From contig CM060733.1 of NCBI GenBank assembly GCA_030704615.1, forward strand, positions 48,112,001 through 48,176,000: a stretch of 64,000 bases of DNA. Direction: 5' to 3'. The translations under genes and the position numbers were made by a program. The DNA comes from Takakia lepidozioides. Taxonomy: Eukaryota > Plantae > Bryophyta. This document shows positions 1-12,358 of the stretch, one piece after another; within the stretch, counting starts at the first letter, position 1; every line of letters begins with the position of its first letter. Under the pieces are notes generated by a model. It saw nothing but the letters and a program-made list of their open reading frames with translations. It made no database searches and was not told the origin of the DNA.

Positions 1-318
1 TGCCTTTCTAAGTGCTCATGTATGTCTTTATGTAATTGTTTTCTAGTATAGTCAAACCATAGGAACCATTTGGGAATCAGATATGGAACACTAACTGTCT
101 CCAGTGTCAAGTTGGACCACTTATCTCTCTAGAAACCTGTGGATTCTGACAGACTTGGTATCGGGTTCTAAAGGCTTACCAGCCTTTGTAACCGGCTGAA
201 ATTCTGGCAATCGGTATTGGAAGAAGATTCTTGTCACTCTCCCATTAGAAAAGCACGTAGTTGTAGATTCTGAAAGATGAAAGGATATTCATGACAAAAC
301 ATGTTTCTTCAAATGCAG

Positions 319-2690
319 CACGCATGTCAGGGGAGAGGGTGAAAGAATTGGAAGACTTGACAAGCCCAGAAGAAAACGGGGGTAGCGGCTTGTTTGATCG
401 CTTGAAGCGCTGGACCCTTACACATTTTCGACAATTTGGCTTTTTCACAATCCTCCTCTTTGCATCGGTATTCTCCTCACTTCATCCATTGGTTTTGGGA
501 AACCAAGTGCATGTGTGTAGGGATTTTAAAGGCCCTGGAAATTGTCGTCTGGATTGGATAGTCTACTGGCATACATCTCTCTTTTCACCGGTCTGGAAGG
601 CTAGAACTTTCCATTGTGAAGCTTAGTGGCAGCTCTGAAGATCAACCCTGTCAACTTTCTGCTTGCGTGCCTTCAACCACAAAATGGACCATAGACAAGA
701 GTGTTCTTGCCTGATGGAACATCCGATTTTTCTGCCCCTTCATGCCGCTCTGCTGGCGATATGTGATGCCTGAAGGGCTCTCTATCTCTCTTATAACACT
801 CACACGAGCAAATGGTTGTCACTTTACTTACTTTATTGCCCTACCATAGTAATTTCCTCAGCAGATGAAGGCTGGCGGGGAATACAATGCAGGTGCCAAA
901 TCCATTGTTTGATCTGGCCGGCATTATGTGTGGCCAGTTTCTGGTGCCCTTTTGGAAGTTTTTCCTGGCCACTTTGATTGGCAAGGCTTTGATCAAGACA
1001 CATATTCAGGTGAACCCCACTTTCCCCCCTCTGGTTTTCATTTTCTTAACAGACTGTCATGCAACCACAACACTATTTTCTTCCAGCTACTGGGAGCAGG
1101 AGTGCTGAAATTTCTGCTAATGATGTCTATGGCAACACAAGCACTACCACAATTCTGTCTATATGCCGACAGCCACAAGGAACAGTCTGAGTGACAGTCT
1201 CTTCTTGGGTTTCCCAGTCATATGCTCAGATTGATTCGTCTGTGTTTGAATGGGAGTTTTGTTTCTGTTTGTGTGAATTGACCTGCATTTACCGGTTCTG
1301 GCATCTTCAAGTCCACTTAGCCTTTGCTAACCACCGTTTGGATGTGTGAGAACGCTGAGCTTGACAGAGGTGTGGGGTGTGGGGGGCCAGACGGTGTTCA
1401 TAATACTGGTGTGCAATGCACATCTTTTGGAGATTATTGAGACTGGCCTGGGCTGGGTCATCATCCATGTCCCTGCCCTTGCCCACTGGTCTCCATCCAT
1501 CATGGCTGCCCTGGCAAATGCCAAAGATATATTCCATGGCAAGTCGACTGTTTCCAAGGTACTGCAGTCTCTCTCTCACACATGCAGGAACCCTTCAAAT
1601 GAACGCCTTAGTTAATGTAACATGTCTGCCTTTCACCTATTACTACCCTTCACCTGCTATCAATCATTCGTTCCCCTCATCTTTTTGCGTCTAATGCTCT
1701 GTTGAACTACGTGGATAATATCATACATATGCTCTAGGGTTTCAGTGCCCTCCAAGCACCCCCTGCTGCTCCATCTGAAGCATCTCTCTCTCTGGGTCTT
1801 CAGCAGATGTAATAAAGCTTGTTCATCTCTCTCTCATCTCTTTCTCTCTCTCTCTCTCTCGCAAAATCTTGAGGCTGAGCCTAAGGCCGTGGCCCTCTTG
1901 GGGTCTAATTTCTGGGCAGCTCACACACTGCAAGTTTGTATTAAGGGCTTTCTAGAGGATATTTGCAAAACCCAAACTAATTGTCTGCATCAAGTTAAGT
2001 CAGCAGAGTGAGCCCCTCACAAAGGTTGTTTCTGCTCCCCTTTGTTCCGCACAAGGCTATGGCAAACAACGTAGTACATCCATATATTCTCTCTCTCTCT
2101 CTCTCTCTCTCAAACCACAAGGCTACGACAAACAACATCTTATGAGTACAATCTCTCTCTTTCAAAACCTTGGTGGGGCGAACCCCACAGAAGGCTCCCG
2201 GAGGGTTAGTTTCCCACGGGGTCAATGGTCGTAAGGCGATGGCAAGCCAACGTTGCAGAGAACGGCAAGAGTACATGCTCTCTCTTTCACTTCCATTGTG
2301 TTTTACTACTTTGAGGTGTGCAAGGCATGGCCTGTTTTACAAAGATTATTCTACAATGATTAGTGGCACTGCTGAACCTAGCCTCTAGTGATGGTGCTGG
2401 CTTCCACCACCCCATCCTTCTGCTTTGTCAGTGTGGGGTGCAGGGTCCAAAATCTAATGGTACATCTTTCACTGATGTGGCAGCAAGAGCAAGGCAACTT
2501 CTCGATTGCATTTGTCTGGAACACAGTAGTTTTACTCATGATGGGTGGCTTTCTGGCATCGATCATCACGTCAACGGCCCAGGGCTTCTTGATGGAGAGA
2601 CAAAAGCACGAACTAGAGGCGCTTACAAAGGCAGCAAGCAACAACGAGCAGAGAAGGCTGTCCATGAGAGATGGTCCGAAACAATGTTAG
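319..2690 (+). CDS. VMP1: Vacuole membrane protein 1 / KMS1 homologue, 3' exons (gene starts upstream of the window). Exons about 319-467, 893-1009, 1391-1558, 2484-2690
   Basis: The peptide [39 protein letters not shown] and flanking exons ([11 protein letters not shown]; TVFIILVCN; [10 protein letters not shown]...TAQ) match the VMP1/KMS1 family. All four exons have AG/GT borders that join in frame, ending at TAG 2688-2690. Confidence 0.9.
1870..2290. repeat. Dispersed repeat (probable TE/LTR relic) in the last VMP1 intron
   Basis: 1871-2160 aligns by eye with 21887-22105 (ggctgagcctaa...aagggctttctagagga...gtgagcccctcacaaagg...aaacaa.gtct.atgagtac). Shorter pieces occur at about 4262-4297 (inverted) and about 27660-27690. 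Confidence 0.7.
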
Positions 2691-4822
2691 GGACTGGCTG
2701 GCAGCCCTCCTGAGCCAATTGCTTACTAGAGTAGCTAGAAGCCATACAGATTTTAGCCAACAATTGTTTCTGGTACATGTCTGACAGCTCACAAGGAAAT
2801 TTTAGTAGGGAGTTGCTAGGAGTATTTGTTAGGGAGTCAGTGGAAAAACGCCTTACTAACATGGTCACAGTAGGTGCGCAGGGGTTTCCCCCTTCTCCAA
2901 TTATCTAACCCATTGCTTTGCCCAATTGCGGGGCTAGTTGTTTTTTAAAGTTAGACCCACCGCAGGGCACTGTTGAATTCTTTCCATATATTGAGACTGG
3001 GAACAAAGGCTCCTTGAACAGAATGATTACACAAATTTTTTGTCTTGAAGCACGGATCTGCTCTCTCAAAGTCGTTGCTAAGTGTGCGGGGAGAGATTCC
3101 TCAAAACCAGCTGACATACCCATGAAACAAAATCCCCGCGGGATACCAATCGTCCCATGTCACTGAAAACATTGTACAACTCAACCTGATTGAAGTTGGA
3201 GCTGTCTTGTGCAGAAAATGACAATCCAACTGCAGTTGATCAGAGGCCAGCTTGCTACTGTGTCCAGTACAATTTGGATCGGTGGAGTGACTGGCCAGAA
3301 ACTATGCAGCTGATGGTGGCAATACCAGGACACTGATAGGATGACTCTGTTGACTGCATGGGGGAGCCTTCTCTCAGTAGTTTTGCTCAGTTCTCCTCAA
3401 TCTCTGGATTGCTCTTGTTGGCCCAACCAGGAATGTGTCTATGCTCCCACAGTCTGGGTTTGTCACTCTGCAATAACGATTTGTTGTCTCCTCAAAGTGG
3501 CCAGCAAGTGTAGAATTGAGGGAGATGAACTCATCTAGCACATGCCGGTCCATGATCATTTCATATCCAAAAGCTTTACAAAAGCTGTAGGTACTGAGTG
3601 TGATCGTAGACAATGTTGTGCAGGTTGAGGCTCTGCTCCATCAGTACAATCTCCAACTCTTACATTACTTTCTGCACTACACACTTTCATGGAGGACCCA
3701 TCCTCTCCTCTCTCTACAGTTCAAGCTTCATACAACTGAGTTGCCAGTTTGATTTCTCATGCATCTCTCAGCTCTCCCTCTCCATCATCAGTAAAACCTC
3801 ACCAGCAACAAATGTCAAAAATATTAACTGGCCAGCACCAAAGTCTATAACCCACCTAGTCTGCAGCATAACCCACTAGTGTCACAACAACAAACAAGGT
3901 ACTGCATACACAGTTGTGTCGTAAGGCGGTAGCCCTTCTGGGGTGGATACACCATAATTTACGCTTCCTTCAGGAAGCATTGGCGCAATTTTCTTTCATT
4001 ACACCTGGAAGCAAATCACCGAACATGAACATTAGTCAGTGGGGATGCCATGGACGCCATTTTCGTTATACACATGGGCAACAATTTTTATTTCCCAACA
4101 CTTATACGAAACAGTAATACAAATACTCATAATAACAATGAACTTCATCATACCTTTTTTTTTTTCCCCCCACTTGCACCTCGGCCAGGAATAGTCAGTT
4201 TTCACCAAATGTCAAGAATATGGGAGAATATTCTTGAAAGTAGATCAAATTGCAAGAGAATATACTCATAAGACGTTGTTTGCCGTAGCCTTGTGGCCAT
4301 TGACCCCAAATTGCAAGAGAGTGGTCTATGAAAAGAGGAGACTGGGTGTGGGTGAAGGAGGTGCGCAAGCTGCGAGGCAAGATGCGAGGCAAGATGGATG
4401 CACCAACTATTGGCCCATTGAGGGTGGTCAAATTTGTGAATGCAAGTAAGTCCCTCGTCTTGTTGCAAACACTACAATGCAGAGGCACTCAGGGTGTTGC
4501 CAAAAGGTATAGGGACGTCCCTGAGGAGATATAGACTATCGGAGGCACTAGAGTAATCATAAGTATCGTCTCTCTCTCCTCTCTCTACATACGTGTGTGT
4601 ATATATAGATCTAGGGATGAGGGCAAGCTATGATTAGGCCAATTTGGAAATAATGGGGATGGTTTAGACAATCTCATCTAGAATAGAGGTACATTTTATT
4701 TTATTTATTTATTTTTAAACACAAGAGGGACGGAGGCCTCATGAACTTTATATAAATAGGACTTAAAATGTACATGAGATACAAAGAGGAAAAAATAACC
4801 TCTATGAAAAGTGCCATGCAGG

Positions 4823-5111
4823 CACTGTTTTTTTTCTTGAATTTGAAAAAAAATGCAAGTGGCTACAGAGTTTGGCAAAAAATAGCCATACATTCTGTTC
4901 ATCCATTGAAATTAGGACAGAATCATCCATGTCCGTACATAAATCCATTTATATCATCCATATTTGGCAAATTCATCCATACTTTATTTTTCATTTGGAG
5001 AAATTTGGCATTTCATCCATGAAAAAACAGGGAATTTGCGACAGAAATATATATATATATTTTTTTCTGAGGTCGAAATTTGGTGAAAATTCGCCAACAA
5101 AAAAAACGCTA
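4823..5111. mobile_element. hAT-type MITE (289 bp) in the LINE 3' UTR
   Basis: 8-bp TSD CATGCAGG at 4815-4822 and 5112-5119. Imperfect TIRs CACTGTTTTTTT / AAAAAAACGCTA. No ORF. Confidence 0.75.
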
Positions 5112-7306
5112 CATGCAGGCTGATTCAGGAAGACACTGCTTCGGGACAGGGAAGAAGAGAAAGAAAGGCTGTAGAAGCTAGCCCAAGAGGGGCAGACTTA
5201 GCCATAAGCAAAAAGGTAGCGAGAAGCTACATCTAGATAGCGCAAAAAACCAAGAGCCAGCCTAAAAAGCCCAAAGGAGCTTAAGGTACATGTTTCTCGA
5301 GGCCCTGGGATCTATAGTCAGCTGATACTACCATAAGAGAGTTGGGCCCGAGTCTTGTCCGACTTAGAAGACCTTTTATGCCTCCAATTTACCTCCGAGT
5401 CTTCACTAGTACCTACTGGAGATCGCATAGTGCTGAGGGAGCTACCAGCCTTGTGGGAGAGCGTCGCACCAGGTAATTCTGGAATCAGATTCCCTTGTAC
5501 AAAGCCGTCCACCTCTGCCCCATGTTCCATCAAAATCTTCAAGCAATTGGGCTTTTCTCCTGTCGCCGCATCTGCAAAGCCAAGCCTTGCGAGCTTCAGA
5601 CATCAATTCTAAGTGAGACTTACAAAGGATTGTGCGCACACAAACAGGCTTACCAGAGAAAATGACAGCGCATCTGGCTTTCCAAATATTCCACAGGAGG
5701 TGGGCTCTAAGCGTGGCCCACACAGGGCAAGTGGTTCAGATTGAACCATCAGCAGAAAGAGGATTAAAGACAAATCAGAAGCAAGAAATCCTTCCCACAA
5801 GACGTAGAAAGATAAGGCCTTACCCCAAACCTGCCTGGCAACCTAACATTCCACAAAGCAGTGCTCTAAGGTTTCGGAAGCATTAAGATTGCAGATCCTG
5901 CAAGGGGGGGGAGTATCCGGAAGGTGGCTAAGAATAGGTAACACCCGATTGACAAGCTTCCAGAGAAAGCCAGAGATCTTGGCTGCCCTATCTTTGCGCC
6001 AAACATCCTTCCAAATAGGTTTCCACGTGGTGGGGTAGCCAGGCAAATGCAACCATTTTGTAGTCCACTTAGCATCTAGAGAGATGACTGGATTCAGCAA
6101 AGAGTAGCCCATCTTGACAGTGTAAGCAAAAAAAGGAGAGCGGCTATTATCAGCCCAAACCCATTCCCCCGGATCAAATTGCAGTAAGGAGAGGGGAGCT
6201 ATTAAAAACCATAGCAGCCTAGGGTTGGTGTGACCCCCATTGTCAGCAGAAGGGTTCACAACACCTGAAGCCATACAGAAAACACGGATGGCAAAAGGGG
6301 GGGCCTCCAACACACAATCCATTTGCGGGGAATGCAGGAAACCAGATGAGAAAACTTGAAACTTCCAGCCACGCAGGAATCATCCTCTCTTAACAAGGCA
6401 AAAAAGACAAAACGATTACCAGCATCCCCCACCCCCCCCAAGCCAGACAGAGAGAGCACGTCTATTAGCTGGAAAAGATGCAAGGGAGATCCACGAAACA
6501 TGAATGTCGCCAGTAACCACATCTCATCCAGCTCTTAACCTTCTGGTGGAGAGAGCAGCCCCTGCCTCCGTCGGAGGGAGAAGGCCTCCGTCCTCCCAAA
6601 TATGAAGGAAACTGGAAACCCCAGCAGCTTCCCAATGGGCCCATCTGGCCGAGCATGTAATCAACAGCAGTGAGTCTCAGATAGTATTACCAAAAAGAGG
6701 TTGTCTTAAGACCTCCTCCATAGAGGTAGGGGGTCTTTTGGGACAGCTTGGAGCGAATGGTGATCCATGCCCGCCAAATAGAGTTCCACGCTACAGAGCC
6801 GCCGGTGAAAGAATGATTGGAAGAACCACCTTGCACAATCCAACGGAGCGAAGGAGACCAACCTAAGGCGGAAGTAGGGCATGCCTGAAGAAGATGATGC
6901 CTGACAATCAGACTCCACGGGGCCGTAAGATGCTTAAAAACCCTAGGGACCCATTTAGCGAGAAGAGCAGAGATCTGGGATTGAGGGTCAATAATTCCCA
7001 AACCTTCGTTGCCTTTCTTTTGAGTAATCTGTTCCCAACTTACCAGCGCCTTTCTAGACTGATCCGGAGATGAGGCACCCCAAATGAAGTTCCTAACGAG
7101 GGCTTTGATCTTCTTTACTGTGATCGGGCCAGGATGCCAGACAGATGAATTAAACCATCCGGAAGCCAGCAGGACCTGATTGACCACCAAAGCTTTACCC
7201 GCAATAGAGAGAAATAAGGAGCACCAGTATGAAAGCTTCTTTCTAAGATTTTTAACAATCACCTCCGCCCTTTGCTCTTCGCACAACCCATGACCAATAA
7301 GATGGC

Positions 7307-8915
7307 GAGGGAAGCTAGCGTGTGAGCGCGCTCACGCTTAGCGCACTAAGCGTGAGCAGACTTCGTTAAGCGTGAGCAGATCTCTTAAGTGTGAGCAGAT
7401 CTCTTAAGTGTGAGCAGATTTCTTAAGCGTGATCACATAAGGGAAGTGGAGCCTATAGCCGTGGGAAAAGCAGGACCTATTGTCGTGGGGGCGATGTTGA
7501 GTGGAACGGAGGGTAACATACGATGCCTAGGACCTAAGACGTCGAGTTCCATGCATGAAAATTTGAGAGGAATGTGTGGCGAAATTCGTAAGGATTAATG
7601 GCTATGTTGAATGGATGAATGTAGGATGAATGCAGGATGAAAAAAGATAGATGAATGAACCATGGATGACAGCAACACGAGGTTAATTTCGGAGAACTTG
7701 AAATCAACCTTGTGCCAACACGAGGTTGATTTCCGAGTGGACACAGAACGCAAGGTTGATTTGCATCCTACTACTCTTTTTTTTGCGATTTTTTTGCGTT
7801 TATTTTGCATTTTGTTTTGTTTTTTTTTCAACACAAGGTTGATTTGAGAAATGAAAGCATCTTTTTTCCAAATAAAAAATAAAAAATAAAAAATAAAAAA
7901 TCGCAGGATGCAAATCAACTTTGCGTTGACGCAAGGTTGATTTGAGGAATGAAAGCATCCTTTTTCTCAAAAATATAAATAAAAATGAAGTCTCAGGATG
8001 GAAATCAACCTTGCGTTGATGCAACCTTGATTTGAGAAATGAAAGCATCTTTTTTGCATTGTTTTTTGCATTTTGTATTGGCAAATCAACCTTGATTTGA
8101 GAAATGAAAGCATCTTTTTATCCAAAAAAAGTTAAGAGAAAAAAAAAAAATTGAGTCGTAGGATGCAACGTTGACGCAACCTTGATTTGAAAAATGAAAG
8201 ATATTTTTTTCCAAAAAACAAATTGAAGTCGCAGGATGCAAATCAACCTTGCGTTGACGCAACCTTGATTTGAGAAATGAAAACATCTTTTTTGCACTGT
8301 TTTTTGCATTTTGTATGGGACACAATCAAGGTTGCGTTAACACAACCTTGATTATGCTATGGATTTCAATCACCTCTTTCGGGAAATAAATCTTCGTCTT
8401 GCTTAGTATTTCGTGTCTTCTAGTCTTTTGGGAAGTTCAGGGATCAACCTTGCATCAACACGACATTGATTACAAGGGGATTTAATGGGAATTAACAAGC
8501 ATTTGCTGCATCTGTGTTTTCTGAATGTATAGTTCAGGTACATCTACCATATCCTCATTCCGGGGAAGTATCTGAGCGATGACCGTCGATAATACATCTA
8601 GTCTTTAACCATCCACTCATCCATTGTTCATGCATTGCGAAGCGTATGTCTATCCATCAGCCATCTCGCATTCAACCATTCATGAATTATTCATCCATCA
8701 TTCATCCAACATTCATCCAACATTCATCCAGCAGTCATCCAAGTACGCATGATATGTACACTCATTCCCGCGGAAATATGTCTCTGGTGGCTTCCTCATC
8801 CGCGATTGTAGGCCCATGCACCCTATTACGTGAGCATCTTTCCGCTCACAGATTGACATCTTCCCGCTCACGCATCTTTCCGCTCACGGGAGCCGCTCAC
8901 GGACTAGCAATCCCC
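7307..8915. mobile_element. Non-autonomous Mutator-like (MULE) element inserted in the LINE RT
   Basis: 9-bp TSD TAAGATGGC at 7298-7306 and 8916-8924. G-starting imperfect TIRs (GAGGGAAGCTAGCGTGTGAGCG vs GGGGATTGCTAGTCCGTGAGCG on the opposite strand). Subterminal GTGAGC/GCTCAC repeats. No coding capacity. Confidence 0.8.
7680..8360. repeat. Internal tandem repeats of the MULE-like element with a palindromic core
   Basis: Repeated unit ggatgcaaatcaaccttgcgttgacgcaa(cc/gg)ttgatttgagaaatgaaagcatcttttt. The core CAACCTTGCGTTGACGCAAGGTTG is a near-perfect inverted repeat. Confidence 0.8.
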
Positions 8916-9746
8916 TAAGATGGCCAAGAAGGACATGGGATCGACCATCCTGAAGCCAATCAAGGCCTATGTTCTCCCCCCATGGAAGACAATGCGATGC
9001 AGAAACAGGGTCTCTAATCTTGGAGAGAAGCCCCTTGGATTTATTCCAATTAATTCTGAGGCCTGATGCATCACAGAAGGAGGAAATAGCATCTAGTGTA
9101 CGTTGAACGTTGGAGAAGCTGTTGTTGTCAACCAGAAGAGAAGTATCATCCGTATATAAGAAGGATTTAATGTTGTAATCAGATATGCAGGGATGCGGGA
9201 CTCTGAGACCTATGATGTCAGAGTTCTTATTGAGGAGATGGGTAAGACCATCCGCTGCAATTAGAAACAGAAAAGGAGATAGATGACATCCTTGACGAAC
9301 AGAGCGGAAAATTGGAAAAGCACTAGATGATGTGACCATTTACGATGACCTTGTTGGAGGCAGATTGAAGGAGGATCCGAATCCAGCTAAGGAAGTTTCC
9401 ATGAATACCACATTTTTGTATGGCACCCAGAAGATAGTCCCATTCAATGTTGTCGAAAGCTTTCTCGAAGTCAAGCATTAGAAGAGCTAAAGGCTGGTTC
9501 GAAAATGGGCAGTATTAAGGGCCTCACTGGCTAGAAGAATGCTATCGAGAATCATGCGATCTTTCATAAAGCCAGTTTGCTCAGGACTGATCATCTTGCA
9601 TAGCAACGGCTGAAGTCTGGAGGCCAAGGCTTTCACTATAATCTCATAGACAACATTTAGCAAAGTGATTGGCCTATAATTAGCCAAGGAGTCTCTATCC
9701 CCTTTTTTGAAGATCAAAGTGATTATTCCCTGGGATAATTGCGATG

Positions 9747-9935
9747 TGTCGTGCGCATACATATCGCTACACAACTACATCGCTGTCCAAAACCACACAA
9801 CACATGTGCACACCACACACTAGTATACCACTAGTCCACCACTAGTCCAGCCACTAATCCAACCACTAGGCTACAACTAGTCAGTCACTAGGCTGCCACT
9901 ATGCTGCCCACTATGGCAGTCATTAGTCCACACAA
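9747..9935. repeat. Split repeat A, copy 1 (189 bp; element 3' terminus)
   Basis: Near-identical to 10255-10432. It has one extra CCACTAGT-type unit, a 1-bp indel and two substitutions. Confidence 0.95.
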
Positions 9936-10252
9936 TGATAAAGAAGAAGAATACAAGCACGAGCTCACAAATCTGAAGCATAAACTCATGCATATATAAC
10001 CTCATCAGTCAAATACAAGTCAAGCCAAGTGCACCCCACGCCATGGGGAATCCACACTACGGCGCCATAGCTAGGCGCGGTGAGGCTCAACTCGAGAAAG
10101 ATGAGCCTCCCGCGCTTGCCGTGAAGATAACCACTCCAAGGCCTAAATCTGCCTTGACCCCTGGATTGACACTTGGGCCAATCCCAAATGTCAATATGTA
10201 AAAGCTAGCTATTTCCTAGCTAGTTTCACACTAGTGGTAAAATAACTTGACA
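9936..10252. repeat. Split repeat B, copy 1 (317 bp)
   Basis: Matches 20396-20712 with two substitutions seen (catcagtc/catcactc; ccaaggcc/ccagggcc). Confidence 0.95.
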
Positions 10253-10254
10253 GC

Positions 10255-10432
10255 TGTCGTGCGCATACATATCGCTACACAACTACATCGCTGTCCAAAA
10301 CCACACAACACATGTGCACACCACACACTAGTATACCACTAGTCCAGCCACTAGTCCAACCACTAGGCTACAACTAGTCAGTCACTAGGCTGCCACTATG
10401 CTGCCCACTATGGCAGTCACTAGTCCACACAA
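10255..10432. repeat. Split repeat A, copy 2 (178 bp)
   Basis: Direct repeat of 9747-9935, separated from B1 only by GC (10253-10254). Confidence 0.95.
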
Positions 10433-10443
10433 TCGCCCCCCTA
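10433..10443 (-). promoter_or_regulatory. Putative polypurine tract (PPT)
   Basis: Minus strand reads TAGGGGGGCGA immediately before repeat A2, the position expected for plus-strand priming. Confidence 0.6.
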
Positions 10444-10691
10444 GCTGGTGCTTAGGTCCCTCTAAGTCCAGGTAGCCACAAGATGTGATAGTGACCATAG
10501 CCTCACTAAGTCCTCCACCACTATCCCTACTACACTCAAACTCGATAGATCAAGAGGCCGGGTGCAAGAGTTGCCCCATCATTAGTCGCCGTCTTGCAAC
10601 CTGTGAACTTGAGCTTGAGATCTCATGTATTGACTCCTATGAGCTTGGCCTCCCATGTCTTGTTAGCTGCCTCCAGTCATGTCCACTGCCA

Positions 10692-10979
10692 CTATCCCAA
10701 GCAGTGTGGACACAACCAATCTCCGTCAGGAACCTTCTCAAGAGGTGGTGTCAAGCATCCCATATGCCAACCCCTTGAGCATCGATCACACACCAGCATG
10801 GTGGCTGCCCCTTTGGCAGACCCACAGAGCATGCATCTCAAACCTGCAGGTACCACTGCCAAGTTTGGGTCAACTCTGCCATCGACATTGGGAAGGTGAC
10901 ATGGCGCACAATTACGCACATGGTCCTTCCAAGTCATGCCATCCCGACCCTCCAAGATCAGGACCCCTGAGGGCAACAC
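10692..10979 (-). CDS. Integrase C-terminal PHD finger (frameshifted from the integrase ORF)
   Basis: C4HC3 pattern: CMLC...MLVCDRC..GWHMGC LTPPLEKVPDGDWLCPHC. Confidence 0.92.
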   Translation of the reverse strand: MLPSGVLILEGRDGMTWKDHVRNCAPCHLPNVDGRVDPNLAVVPAGLRCMLCGSAKGAATMLVCDRCSRGWHMGCLTPPLEKVPDGDWLCPHCLG

Positions 10980-10990
10980 CTCTCGAACCC

Positions 10991-12358
10991 TCAGAATAAC
11001 ACGCCCTGCAGTAACGTAGGAGCAGTCTGCTGCAAATAAACATAGTCACTAGGGCTAAACCTCCAAACCCCAGGACGATATCCTCCACCACGTATAGTGG
11101 CATACCTCAACGTATCACGGTGTTGTGCAATGGCAAGGTTCTCAAAAGCCATGGGCATGACTTTCTTGAACAACTCTGCACGCTGATCACATGCACGTAC
11201 CCACACGTCCGGGTCGTCAAGGTTAAGGACTTGAGCAGTGTCCCTACGAATGGCTGCAGGCAAATCCGGCTCTCGGCCAAAGAGAAGGAAATATGGTGAG
11301 AAGGAGGCAAGTGATGCTTGTTTGCTGAACCTGTAGCCCATGGCTAACCAAGGAACCTGAAGATCCCAATCTCCTAGGTGTCCCTTCTGCAAGCCATACT
11401 TGCGCAAACCCCTCTTCACCGTCTGAACAACTCTCTCTGCTAAGCCATCGGCCTCAGGATGATCCCGAGAAGTGGTGCGGTGGTCTATCAAGGCTTTATC
11501 ACACAAAGCCTGAAACTCCCCCAAGAACTCTCTCCCTTGGTCTGTGAGTACCTCAGCTGGAGCACCAAATCGGCTAAGCACACGATCCAAGAATGCATAC
11601 GCAGCCCCCTCACTAGCCTTGTCAGGCAACGGAACCAACTCAATCCACTTGGAGAAGTGCTCCACCATCACCAACACATATCTGTGGTGGCGCATAGTCA
11701 GTGGCAACGGTCCTGCGAAGTCAAGACTCCACCTGTAGCCCAATCCCATGATTGGTAAAGGATGCAACTGTGGTGTAGGGGCGTGGAATGAAGCACGCAC
11801 CCTGTCACACACCATGCACCTAGCCACGAACTGTTGCACCTCTGTATGCATACCACGCCACCAATACTGCCCCTGCAGTAAACTGTGAGTGCGTCGCACT
11901 CCAAAATGCCCCAACTCCTCATGGGCATGCCGCACTAACCGTGCACGCTGTGTGGGGTGAGGCACAATCCTCACCCGACCATCCTCCCACACTCGAAGTA
12001 GGTGTATCCCCTCCCACTTGAACCTCTTGGCTCGTTGCAGGATCCGATCCCTCTCCCTGGCAGTCACAATGGCTGCCGTGTCTCCCGTGCGGAGGTAGTC
12101 CAACACAGCCGAATCCTCATGTATATCTCTGGCACCACCTAGCTCATCACTAGCCTCAGGGTCCTCAGACACTCCGTCTACAGTCATCCCTGTTGTAGGT
12201 CCAATTTGACCTCCCGATGCCAAGATACACAAAAATGCAGATGCGTGCCATCCCGGCACCATCTCCTCGTCCGTCTCACCATGCCACCGAGCTCCAGTGT
12301 CATCCTGCTGGCTCATGCATGGATTGCGACTCAATCCATCCGCATCCCGATTGACCAA
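10991..12358 (-). CDS. Gypsy-type DDE integrase (pol segment)
   Basis: HHCC zinc domain (HEELGHFG...CMVC) and catalytic D,D35E (WSLDFAGP, LTDQGREF, LAERVVQTVK). Confidence 0.95.
   Translation of the reverse strand: MVNRDADGLSRNPCMSQQDDTGARWHGETDEEMVPGWHASAFLCILASGGQIGPTTGMTVDGVSEDPEASDELGGARDIHEDSAVLDYLRTGDTAAIVTARERDRILQRAKRFKWEGIHLLRVWEDGRVRIVPHPTQRARLVRHAHEELGHFGVRRTHSLLQGQYWWRGMHTEVQQFVARCMVCDRVRASFHAPTPQLHPLPIMGLGYRWSLDFAGPLPLTMRHHRYVLVMVEHFSKWIELVPLPDKASEGAAYAFLDRVLSRFGAPAEVLTDQGREFLGEFQALCDKALIDHRTTSRDHPEADGLAERVVQTVKRGLRKYGLQKGHLGDWDLQVPWLAMGYRFSKQASLASFSPYFLLFGREPDLPAAIRRDTAQVLNLDDPDVWVRACDQRAELFKKVMPMAFENLAIAQHRDTLRYATIRGGGYRPGVWRFSPSDYVYLQQTAPTLLQGVLF

Noticed and set aside
3200-3880. 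Minus-strand VIDFGAGQ motif resembling a SAM-binding loop
   Set aside because: Only eight residues in a stop-riddled frame.
4328-4534. Gypsy integrase GPY/F-like remnant (GDWVWVK...GPLRVVK)
   Set aside because: Too short and isolated to annotate confidently.
9747-10252. Treating A1+B1 as a conventional LTR with a partner at the other end
   Set aside because: The far end has only B. The second A lies directly next to B1, and the PPT and PBS-like sites flank A2 and B2, so a standard two-LTR model does not fit.
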